This document shows positions 10,646-20,590 of a DNA stretch of 22,333 nucleotides, piece by piece. A model generated the notes under the pieces. That model worked only from the letters and a program-made list of their open reading frames with translations, ran no database searches and was not told the DNA's origin. This DNA is from Octopus sinensis (Eukaryota): the NCBI RefSeq assembly GCF_006345805.1, contig NW_021836687.1, positions 1-22,333 on the forward strand, written 5' to 3'. The first letter of the stretch is position 1; every line of letters begins with the position of its first letter. The position numbers were made by a program, and so were the translations under genes.

Positions 10646-10970
10646 GGTCAGGCGGTCAGTCTGTTGCCAGCATCCTCTGAGTGGCGGATTAGGTATGCCG
10701 TGGCTGCTAAAGCGCAGACACGCGCTTAGATTACGCCACCTGCAACGATTTCTGGACGGTGAGCGTGTGTGGGCTCCGTTTGCGAGGCTCGTATTCCCGC
10801 AGCTCGTTTCCTCGACGGAGCTGCAGTCCTGGGTGAAGGGAACACCGAGACTGAGCGCCTGGAACCTAGATATGCCGTCAGGCGCTTACAGCTCTCAACC
10901 AGGTGGGCAATGGGATCGGTGGATGCTCCGTTTAGAAATTGTAGAGGATTAGTGACGGGGAAGTAAGTCT
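10644..10970 (+). mobile_element. L1/Tx1-like LINE ORF2 fragment (post-RT region), frameshifted
   Basis: GC-rich island translating to VRRSVCCQHPLSGGLGMPWLLKRRHALRLRHLQRFLDGERVWAPF. The V.R...C.P...GGLG motif is typical of L1/Tx1 ORF2. Similarity continues in shifted frames (CRQALTAL, RGLV). Confidence 0.7.
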
Positions 10971-11090
10971 TGACACCCGTGCAACCGGTCAGGAAAAGCA
11001 CTCAGTAGTTAATTTGTCCGGAAGTGAATGGGAATTAATTTATTTCAAATATATAAACATTAAAGTTTTTTTTTTATTCTATCAACAGCC

Positions 11091-11246
11091 AGGAGTGGCT
11101 GTGTGGTAAGTAGTTTGCTTACCAACCATATGGTTCCGGGTTCAGTCCCACTGCGTGGCATCTTGGGCAAGTGTCTTCTGCTATAGCCCCGGGCCGACCA
11201 ATGCCTTGTGAGTGGATTTGGTAGCGGAAACTGGAAGAAGTCTGTC

Positions 11247-11322
<76 letters not shown>

Positions 11323-11373
11323 TGTGTGTGTATGTATGTGTGTTTGTGTGTCTGTGTTTGTCCCCCTAGCATT
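11091..11373 (+). mobile_element. CORE-type tRNA-derived SINE, 3'-truncated, with internal (AT)n(GT)n
   Basis: A box TGGCTGTGTGG, B box GGGTTCAGTCCC, CORE-like CTTGGGCAAGTGTCTT; colinear with 11678-12053 and 19025-19170. Confidence 0.85.
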
Positions 11374-11485
11374 ATCACTGGACATATACAGAATGCGGCC
11401 CTGGAATAGTATGTCCTGGTTGTAGGTTGATAGCGAAGATCTTGGAATTTTCCAGTTTTAAATCGCCTGTTATTTTCTTCATTCA
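11374..11485 (-). mobile_element. Short CR1/L2-like LINE RT fragment
   Basis: Minus strand NEENNRRFKTGKFQDLRYQP; 10 mismatches in about 100 nt versus 13042-13140. Confidence 0.75.
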
Positions 11486-11677
11486 TATATATATATATAA
11501 ATATATATATATATATGAATAAAAAGGGGTTTGTATGATTGTGTATAGAGGGATATATATTATTCAAAGGAATTCAACACTGTGTTGTTATGTTTTACTT
11601 ATATTCTTTATAATATTAATGTAGAATATAGAATATATAGTATAAATAATATATATATATATATATATATATATTAT

Positions 11678-12053
11678 GGAGTGGCTGTGTGGTAAGTAGC
11701 TTGTCTACCAACCATATGGTTCCGGGTTCAGTCCCACTGCGTGGCACCTTGGGCAAGTGTCTTCCACTATAGCCTCGGGCCGACCAAAGCCTTGTGAGTG
11801 GATGGGGTAGACGGAAACTGAAAGAAGCCCGTCGTATATATGTATATATATATATATGCGTGTGTGTGTTTGTGTGTCTGTGTTTTTCCCCTAGTGTTTA
11901 TGTCCCCGTTACTTAGCGGTTCGGCAAAAGTGACCGATAGAATAAGTACTGGGCTTACAAAAGAATAAGTCCCGGGGTCGAGTTGCTCGATTAAAGGCGG
12001 TGCTCCAGCATGGCCGCAGTCAAATGACTGAAACAAGTAAAAGAGTAAAAGGG
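11678..12053 (+). mobile_element. CORE-type tRNA-derived SINE, near full length, with (GTAAAAGA)-like 3' tail
   Basis: A box TGGCTGTGTGG, B box GGGTTCAGTCCC, CCTTGGGCAAGTGTCTT, internal microsatellite, 3' end GAAACAAGTAAAAGAGTAAAAGG. Confidence 0.9.
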
Positions 12054-12884
12054 TATATGGTAAAATGAAATGAAATTAAATATTGATTGTCTTTATTGAA
12101 TAGATGAAATGTTGAATATCAAATATTAGGGGACTAGCATACTTTCATGCGTTAGAGCAGTCTTCAAGGTCCCAGGCTGTGTGCATGTATGTATGTATGT
12201 ATGTATGTATTGTTTATGTGTGTAGGTGTGTGTTTGGACGCGAATGATTACGCATGTTTCATATAGGTTCATTCACCCCTGAGAATGTCATCTCCATCAG
12301 ATAGATACGCTCAGGTTCAGTTGCTATAATATGTCTCTGCAAAGATATGCGTGAGTGCTACACAACCATTCTCTAGTAATTATGCTGGATAAAACGGAGA
12401 GATTAACATGGAAGCAAAGTTCACGTTTCGTCAAGCTTAACGTTTTCTTTCTCCGGATTTTGCTTAAATAGCGGATTTATTAATCAATGTGGCACACGGT
12501 GACGACATTTATCGCCGTTTTTATTTATCACTGGAACTAGAACTGCTTCCTAAATCAAGACCGTACGTGGTTTTGTCTCTTTGGATTCGCTATGGCTGTC
12601 ATTGTTGATGTTGCTGTTGTTGGTGTGGTGAGAAATTCTCGAAAGGATTAACTTATTTTCTTCTCACCGTTTTGAATTCCATTCATAACTTCAGCCTTGT
12701 TTGATCTTAAAATATCAATCTTTGAATGACCCTAGGTAACACTAACGATATAGAATTTCGTGTATATTCAAGAGTTGACTACAGTGAAAGGGGTTCCGTT
12801 CTCGTTCTTCTTCGAGGCACATAATACATAAACCAGCAAGCTATTCTCATAATGGCTTCCATTTCATACACCAAAATTTATCAA

Positions 12885-13250
12885 ATTGTGGTTGTTTGAG
12901 GTAGCTCTATCGGATATGCTCTCAATTATACAAACAGACATTCTCATTAGAAATGTAGTTGATATTAAAGTATTTATAGTATTAAAGAATTCTGGTGATG
13001 CTACAGATCTACCGGCAGAACCATAATGCAACCTATGAGCTGAATGAAGACAATAACAGGCCATTCAACACTGAAAAATTCCAAGCTCTTCGCTATCAAC
13101 CTACTACCACGACACACTATTCCAGGGCCTCATTCTGTATGTGACCAAAGGATAAATATGAGTAATATTTTCATACACACGTTAAGAGACTAGCAGCGAT
13201 GTTGAAAAGGATAGCAGGATGGTCCCCGAGGTGATACAGTACGAGAGCGT
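12885..13250 (+). mobile_element. Decayed CR1/L2-like LINE ORF2 fragment (C-terminal half of RT)
   Basis: Across frames: FEVALSDM..RNVVDIKV (eroded YADDTK), NEDNNRPFNTEKFQALRY (cf. W...N.M.FN..K), SVCDQRINMS (cf. VRDLGI), KRIAGW. Confidence 0.7.
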
Positions 13251-13431
13251 GGGAAGGCATTATCGCTGAGAAAACAACATCCATTCATGAATTTTTTTTT
13301 TTTAAATACATATTTTATCAGTGAATTTGCGTGTGTAATCTGGGAATGCATACAATGAGCTTCTCTGCCCTAGGTGTACGGAAAACACTCAACGAGAAAT
13401 GGAAGAAAATTTGAAGAAAGAAGGAAACAAA

Positions 13432-13620
13432 AAATAATATTAATAATAATAATAACATCGAAAAATACCTTAGGAATGAGAACCCAGATTCGAAATTTCC
13501 ACAAGACACCTGATGAAGGCTGGAAGGTATATCAGCCGAAACGTTGTGTTAAAAACAAACAAGATGAGGACAAAAATATCCGTCAAACGTAAATAATATA
13601 AATAATGTGAGAATTTCATG
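13432..13620 (+). mobile_element. Headless copy of the hammerhead-bearing SINE/Penelope-like module
   Basis: (AAT)n followed by AACATCGAAAAATACCTTAGGAATGAGAACCCAG...GATGAGGACAAA..ATCCGTCAAA.GTAAATAAT, colinear with 17314-17445; no tRNA head upstream. Confidence 0.85.
13505..13550 (+). ncRNA. Minimal type I hammerhead ribozyme (Penelope-like, dimer type)
   Basis: Stem I GACAC (13505-09)/GTGTT (13546-50); core CTGATGA (13510-16) plus one extra A; stem II GGCTG/CAGCC; GAAA (13538-41); palindromic ACGT in place of helix III; predicted cut after GUU at 13545. Confidence 0.7.
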
Positions 13621-13624
13621 TATC

Positions 13625-13870
13625 CTAGCATTTTCTGTTGTTGTATAGTCTGAGAGACGAACCCTCTTCATCGAAAGTTAGGGTCACATCCTTCAACAGC
13701 GTAGGGCTTGAAAGCCCACAGCTTTCAATTATCTTGTTAAAGAGAGTGAGAAATTTACGTAGAGTGGACGTGAATGTATTGAAAAACCACTCTGGGTATC
13801 CTATCACCTGAAATTGCAGACAAATCAGCGTTACGATAATTAAGATCTGCCGAAGCTGTACAAATTCCAT
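13625..13870 (-). CDS. Candidate 81-aa ORF or exon(s) with a hydrophobic, signal-peptide-like N-terminus; function unknown
   Basis: MEFVQLRQILIIVTLICLQFQVIGYPEWFFNTF...YNNRKC* in complex, non-repetitive sequence. Flanked by a good acceptor (CTTATTCTTTTAG, exon start 13905); a second acceptor precedes 13807. No homology recognised. Confidence 0.3.
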   Translation of the reverse strand: MEFVQLRQILIIVTLICLQFQVIGYPEWFFNTFTSTLRKFLTLFNKIIESCGLSSPTLLKDVTLTFDEEGSSLRLYNNRKC

Positions 13871-13939
13871 ACGTGACGCTCCGGTCGAACCGCGGCCCTC
13901 AACGACTAAAAGAATAAGAGAACGGACATACGTGCCCAC

Positions 13940-14167
13940 AACACACACACACTCACACACACATGCATACACACACACACTCACACACACACACACACAC
14001 ATGCACACACACACTCTCACACACACATCTTATCTTTATAACTTCACACAACAAAAACGATATTCTGTTTTAAGATAGACATCTGCACGCACTAATAAAC
14101 GCTGATATTCATAAAACCCACTCTCTCTCTCACACACACATATATACACACACTCTCTCTCTCTCTT

Positions 14168-14203
<36 letters not shown>

Positions 14204-14790
14204 ACCTGTATTCATAAAAGCAGAAATATATACACATACATAGTGAGAGAGAGAGAGAGAGACTAAAGGTGATGGCTAATTTGAACATATACACGCATAC
14301 ACACATACATTTCATATTAACAAATATACACAAACGTATTCATATACACTGAAATACGCACATACACACACATACACACGCACGCACACACACACGCACA
14401 GCACATAATAAAATTGTATCCTAGTTTAACATATCCACCCCCACACACGCAATCGAACCCATACTTGTACACATATGATATAAAGTCCTCCAAGAACCAA
14501 TTCCAACCATATACACACACATTCATTTACAAACATATATATATATATATATATACACACACACTAAACATGATATCCACATATTGTACGCATGCGCATT
14601 CATACATAGACAATAAAAACAGTATCACATTTTAACATACACATACTGACATATATACACCACACACAGACAAATCAACACATATACACATAGACACACA
14701 CACACACACACACGTATATTACACACACTAATCAATCCATATAAATTCCATCGAAGGATCAATACACACATACACACACACACATTATAT
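13940..14790. repeat. (CA)n/(CT)n/(AT)n microsatellite field
   Basis: Direct inspection. Confidence 0.9.
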
Positions 14791-14884
14791 TTGAGAGAAA
14801 CTAATGTTGCCATCTATATCTTATAATCCAAAAGATTATTGCAGTTTAAGGTAGATTTATATAGCTGTCATTCTATTATCAACT

Positions 14885-15306
14885 ATATCTTCCTCTCCTT
14901 CTCTTTCTTCTTCTTCTTCTCCTCTTCCTCCTCCTCCCCTGAATACTACTACTACTAATAATAATACTTCTATTCATTTTGTCTTCTTGTTCTTAGTTCA
15001 TTTCGTCTTCCTCTTCGTCTTCTCGGTTCTTCCACTTTCGCATTCCCTGCTGTCCTCCTCCTTTTCTGCTTCCTCTTCTTCTTCTCCTCCTCCATCTCCT
15101 TCATCTTCTTCATCTTCCTTTTCTTCCTTTTCTTCATCTTCTTCTTCCTTTTCTTCTTCTTCCTTTTCTTCTTCATCTTCTTCTGCTTCATCTCCGCCTC
15201 CTTCTCCTTCATCTTCTTATTCTTCATCTTCTTCTTCCTTTTCTTTTTCTTCTTCATCTTCCTTTTCTTCTTCTTCATCTTCATCTTCTCTTCTTCTTCT
15301 TCATCA

Positions 15307-15357
<51 letters not shown>

Positions 15358-15660
15358 GCTTCCTCTTCTCCTTCTCCGTCTCTTTCTTCTAAATTCATCT
15401 CAGTTCCTCTACTATTTCTGGATTAGTGGTAGTGTTTATAATGGCGGTGGTGGTTAGTGGTATTAATGATGTTGCTGACGGCGATGATTGCCGTGTTGGT
15501 AGTAGTGATGATTGGCGTGATGTTGCTGACGTGATGATTGCCGTGGTGGTAGTAGTGGTCATGGCAGCAGTGGTCGAGTGTTGCCTATGGTGGGGTGGTA
15601 GTAGTAGTAGTAGTAGTAGTGGTAGTAGTAGTAGTAGTAGTAGTAGTAGTAATAGTAGTA
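14885..15660. repeat. (CTT)n-rich, (ATT)n and (GTA/GGT)n low-complexity tracts, with an internal duplication of about 50 bp near 15467-15570
   Basis: Direct inspection; TGATGTTGCTGACG..GATGATTGCCGTG.TGGTAGTAGTG occurs twice. Confidence 0.9.
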
Positions 15661-15872
15661 GTTCTTGTGGGAAAGGGGTTACCAAACCGTTTTACATTTA
15701 AACTGTAATGTTAATATTTCTTAAATAATTCCAAGAGAATCAATATTGAAATACCACGTAATCGATGATCGATTATCTGTTCCGATGGCAGGGAGCGGCC
15801 TTATGGTGCTCCTGTAATTTGATAAACTGCGCTGGAGTATTTGGGGTTATGTAATAGCAGAATACTCTTTTA

Positions 15873-16136
15873 GTGTGTGTATGTGTGTGTTTATTTGCGT
15901 GTGTGTGTATGTGTGTGTGTGCGTGTGTGCTGGCGTGCGGGGGTGTATGTGTGTGTGTGTAAGCATGTGTGCGTGTGTGTGTGTGTGAAACAGAGAGAGA
16001 GAGAGTAACAGATAGGGATTATACTGCGTTAGAAACACTCTGTCTTCATGCAGCGTGTGTGTGTTTGTGTATGTATGAGAGAGAGTGAGAGGTATAGAGG
16101 GAGAGAGAGAGAGAGAGAGAGAGTGGTGTGTGTGTG

Positions 16137-16168
<32 letters not shown>

Positions 16169-16612
16169 GTGTGTGTGTGTTTATAAGAAGGAGATTATGT
16201 GTTTGTGTGAGTCTGCATGAGAGAGGCAGAGTGACTGTGTGTAAGAAACAATGTGTGTATTGTCTGTGTCAGAAATAAAGTGTGTGTATGGGTTTGTGCG
16301 TGTGTGAATGTGAGTATGCGTATGTATATGTGTGTGTGTGCGTGCATGTGTGCACGTGTGCTTGGGTACATGTATGTGTGTGTATTTGTGTATTATGTAT
16401 CTTGAGTGTGTGTGTGTGAATGTAGGTTTGCGTATATGAGTATGTGTGTGTGTGTTTCTGTGTATGTGTGAGTGTGCGTATGTGAGTATGTGTGTGTGTG
16501 TGTGTATGTGAGTGTGTGTGTAAGCAGAACAGTGTGAGTATACCAACGAAACTTTATGTGTATGCATATGAGGGAGAGAGCAAGAACGACAGAGTTGCTG
16601 TGAGTGTGTGTG

Positions 16613-16678
<66 letters not shown>

Positions 16679-16800
16679 TGTATGTATGTATATATGCGTG
16701 TATGTTTGTGTAAAAGGGAATGAGAGAAAGAACGAATGTGTATAGGCTGAGTATGTATGCATGTGTGTATGTCTGTATATGTGTGTGTTCGTCCATGTGT
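15873..16800. repeat. (GT)n/(GA)n/(ATGT)n microsatellite field
   Basis: Direct inspection. Confidence 0.9.
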
Positions 16801-16950
16801 GTTCAAAGATCAGAAGCGCAGGCTTTGGTCTGGTTCCGATTCAGAGATTCTCAGCCGGAATTCTAGAAATTTCCACACTAAAATTTTAAAATTCCCTGTT
16901 GGTATTTAATTGTTTATGAGACATGCCTCAAATTTTATGGCGAGGGAAAA

Positions 16951-16986
16951 ATCGATTATATTGACCCCAGTACGAGACTGGTACTA
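16951..16986 (-). mobile_element. Short central fragment of the array-forming SINE family
   Basis: ATCGATTATATTGACCCCAGTACGAGACTGGTACT matches GTCGATTATATCGACCCCAGTGCGTAACTGGTACT. Confidence 0.65.
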
Positions 16987-17010
16987 AATAATAACAACAA
17001 CAACCACAAC

Positions 17011-17080
<70 letters not shown>

Positions 17081-17104
17081 TGACAATAATAATAATAATA
17101 ATAA
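16987..17104. repeat. (AAT)n microsatellite
   Basis: Direct inspection. Confidence 0.95.
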
Positions 17105-17196
17105 TTGCCCTTACGCTGTACCAGGCTGTTGCTCTCATGGCTTCTGATCATAACTTATTGGAAGTGTTTTGTCTTGCTATAAAAAATGTGTTAAAC

Positions 17197-17465
17197 GGGC
17201 ATATGGCGTAGTGGTTAAGAGCGCGGGCTACAAACTCCAAGATTCCGAGTTCGATTCCAGGCAGTGACCTGCATAATAATAATAATAATAATAATGATGA
17301 TGATGATGCTGATAACATCGAAAAATACCTTAGGAATGAGAACCCAGGCTGGAGGGTAAATCAGCCGAAACGTTTTTGTTAACAACAAAACAGATGAGGA
17401 CAAATATCCGTCAAATGTAAATAATGTAAATAACGTACATAATTCCTCATCCCTTAAATATAGAA
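17197..17465 (+). mobile_element. tRNA-derived SINE: tRNA head, (AAT)n linker, hammerhead/Penelope-like 3' module with the ribozyme core deleted
   Basis: A box TGGCGTAGTGG (17204-14), D-stem GCGT/GCGC, B box GTTCGATTCC (17249-58). The body matches 13454-13610 except for a 31-nt deletion at 17347/17348. Confidence 0.85.
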
Positions 17466-17474
17466 GAGCAAATA

Positions 17475-17730
17475 TTCGGTTCAATACCACAGGTTTGTTT
17501 GTCAGTTGCTTGACCTTAACCAGTTGAGCATGTCCCTTAGTAGCTGACGATATGTGCGTCTCTGATCACGAGCAGAAGTAGGGGGGAGCATCATAGCCAT
17601 GTGTTGAGAGGAATTCTTTGGGGTTTGGGTAAATCACCATTGGAAACATAGGTGTTTTGTTCAATATCCTTAAACAAACCTTATTCAGAGCATCTTTTTA
17701 GCGGGATGGGCTACTCGACCTGAAGAAATA
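17475..17730. repeat. Probable interspersed repeat, unclassified
   Basis: Recalled as a cephalopod-type repeat; single copy here, so not verifiable from the window. Confidence 0.3.
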
Positions 17731-17865
17731 TTTCTTTTTATACACCCTTATAGGGTGCCTGACATAATTGTTTTCGGCGGGACATGAACTCTTTTGCTCA
17801 GAGAGCCGGAGCTGCTATTTCGTGGCACTCTGTTGGACACTCTAGTGACTCTGCCAAATGGTTAC

Positions 17866-18789
17866 CATACACCAGAGGATCTCAGCCAGGGTCAATATGA
17901 TCCTTAGGGGGTCAATGTTAAAATTTATGTGTACGATTTGGTTTATGTTTCTATAATACACAAAATGTTTTAAAGATTTTTCTTATATAATTCCTTATAA
18001 TATTTAATTGAAAATAAAAAAGGGTTTTTGTTCCAAGCATGGAATGGTTACGAATCTACACAAGTAAAATTGAGACGATCGGAGTACATAATTACAAAAT
18101 GGTTGAGAACTATTTCCTTACACCTACTAAGCGAAATCCAGATAATTCCTTTGACACTAGCGTTTCAAAACAATCATTTGTGACGAACTTGTCGCCTCTC
18201 GTAAACGTCTTACAAGCAGCATATCTTGGTCTACTCAGCAAACAGACGAACGAACAGCGATTGTCTATTCTTCGCTCTTCTATTCTATTCTATTTACTTA
18301 GAGAAGATTACAATGAATGCCTACACCGTTTTTATATAGACATAGTAAGTTTGGCAATTATTGATATATTGGATTACTGGAAAACGATATAAATCAAAGC
18401 TAAAATAATCTAAAATTTCAATCTATGTTTGTCTTGTAGGAAGAGCAGCGAAAAAAAGACGCAGAGGAAAACGAGAGAGAAGGCAAAAAAGAGATGTGGA
18501 ATGGAAACTTACGTGTCATAAACTTAATTAGAAGGATAACACCGAGAATTTAGTTATCTGGCTTGTATTAACAGACAGCAGCTAGCGATGAAAGAAACTA
18601 ATAATTTCTGTTTAACATTGTAATGAAATGTCTTGCCTGTAATCAATGTCAGACAAGCTGAAATAATAACAGTATTATCTTTATCAATGCCGTAGTTAAT
18701 TTGAACAGTAAACAGCGAACTTCGTCACATTATTGAATTTAAACGTCCACATCATGACGTTACCTCCATGATGGGTTTTCGGGCGCCAT
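17866..18789 (-). CDS. Speculative first two coding exons (18789-18764, 17902-17866) encoding MAPENPSWR-IILTLAEILWCM
   Basis: AACAATGGCG start context, donor GAG|GTAACG, phase-compatible acceptor CCCCTAAG|G and donor ATG|GTAACC. Splice sites are only moderate and no homology is recognised. Confidence 0.2.
18039..18553 (+). CDS. Speculative two-exon 139-aa ORF (18039-18344 plus 18440-18553)
   Basis: 117-codon ORF in complex sequence, donor ATA|GTAAGT at 18345, 95-nt intron, acceptor TTTGTCTTGTAG, in-frame EEQRKKDAEE...PRI*. Competes with a minus-strand intron reading of 18433-18512. Confidence 0.2.
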
Positions 18790-19024
18790 TGTTACAGAGA
18801 TAGAATATTCGCAGAAAACAACCCCAGCTCTACCCACATTCACCAACCCCCACCGACTTATGAGAGCATTAAATGTATTGTTCGATTTGAAAAAAAATGA
18901 CCAAAAAAAAATACAATTAAATAAACAGAAGAATCACATAAAAGCAAACAAGAATATCATAATGCAGTTGGAATTTGCTACTTAAAAATGTAAAAATTTG
19001 CTATATACATACGTAGGCATATAT

Positions 19025-19169
19025 GGAAGTAAATGTGTGGTAAGAAGCTTGATTCCCAAATCTATGACTCCGGGTTCAGTCCCACTGCGTATCACCTTGG
19101 GCAACTGTCTTCTACTATTGCCCCGGGCCTTGAGTCGATTTGGTAGGAGAAAACGGAAGGAAGCTCGTC

Positions 19170-19170
<1 letters not shown>
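19025..19170 (+). mobile_element. Diverged 5' part of the CORE-type SINE
   Basis: TGTGTGGTAAGAAGCTTG..CCGGGTTCAGTCCCACTGCGT..CACCTTGGGCAACTGTCTTCTACTAT, followed by (AT)n. Confidence 0.8.
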
Positions 19171-19213
<43 letters not shown>

Positions 19214-19879
19214 TATATATATATACACATACATCATACATACATACATACATACATACATACATACATACATACATACATCACGCATGCGTATGCCTGT
19301 TGATATGGTACAAAAGATAGCAACTAAAGGCATGCAATTAGCAAATTTTATTCTAAAACATAATTGGTGATTGTTTAGTTACTTTTCTGGATAATAAAAC
19401 CTCTGATATTACGGAGATGTACTTGCATAGCAAGTGACCTGATCTGAGATCGTGAGCTGAAACAAAAACAATTGATAGTTTTACGGATATGGACTCGGCC
19501 AGTTCACCTGTGCTACTCGTCTGACATCCTCTGCAAAGACGAAGAATTAGGCTTTTATCATTGCGCCAACTATACAGATTAAGAATAGTGTTTAAATTCT
19601 CAGAATAAATTATTTAAAGTGATTACGAAAAAATATATAGTTAACGTGATGAGAAAATATTGAAACTATTATTAATTTTTAAAAAAAGGGTTAATTGATT
19701 ATAGTGGCTGAGTGCTATAAGGTAACATAAGAAATACAATAGGAAATAAATAAAACAAACTTTTTTTTATCGGAGACGAAGAAAAAGTTTAGAAAATTAT
19801 AAAAATATAATAACAATGAACGAAACAAATATGTCTGACTTAGACTTTTCGACAATATAAGCTACATTCACTGATTTCA

Positions 19880-19990
19880 TTATATATGCACATATGCATA
19901 CACTCATATAGGTCTGTGTGTGTGTGTGTGTGATTGTATACACACACACACATGCATAAATACAAATACACACACGCACACACACACACA

Positions 19991-20055
<65 letters not shown>

Positions 20056-20324
20056 GGAGAGCAACAGGCATACAGGGACTGAAGAAGAGAGAGAGGATGC
20101 GTATATTTATGCAAGTATATATGTGTGTGTGTGTATGTGTATTTATAAACAAAAATGAAGATAGATGTAACTATACGCACGTATATACATATATAAAGAT
20201 ATATCTACATATATATTTTGGTATTTCCATTTATATATATATACACACACACACATATATATATATACATATACATATATATATATATGTATATATATGA
20301 CATCTATCTGTCTATATATATATC

Positions 20325-20411
<87 letters not shown>

Positions 20412-20590
20412 GTAGATGATGTAGCTGTACGCTTACATATAATTTCACACGTGCACAATCACACACACACACATATACACTCTGTCTGTCTCTCTCTCTC
20501 ACACACACACACACGCACACACACAAACACAAAGACAGGCACACACACACATACACGAACACACAATCACACATACGTGCGCACACATCA
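19880..20590. repeat. (GT)n/(CA)n/(AT)n field including (GATA)n at about 20326-20410
   Basis: Direct inspection. Confidence 0.9.

Noticed and set aside
12267-12350. Exon-like island with AG/GT on plus and RHIIATEPERIYLMEMTFSG on minus
   Set aside because: All plus-strand frames contain stops; the minus-strand peptide is short, unrecognised and has a weak donor.
12627-12668. 8-bp inverted repeat GGTGAGAA/TTCTCACC
   Set aside because: Several such 8-bp repeats are expected by chance in 22 kb.
14970-15284. Lys/Arg-rich 104-aa ORF
   Set aside because: Antisense of a (CTT)n low-complexity tract.
17197-17270. Functional tRNA gene
   Set aside because: A/B boxes and D-stem are present, but the T-stem, anticodon stem and acceptor stem do not pair, and it runs into (AAT)n and a repeat body: a SINE head.
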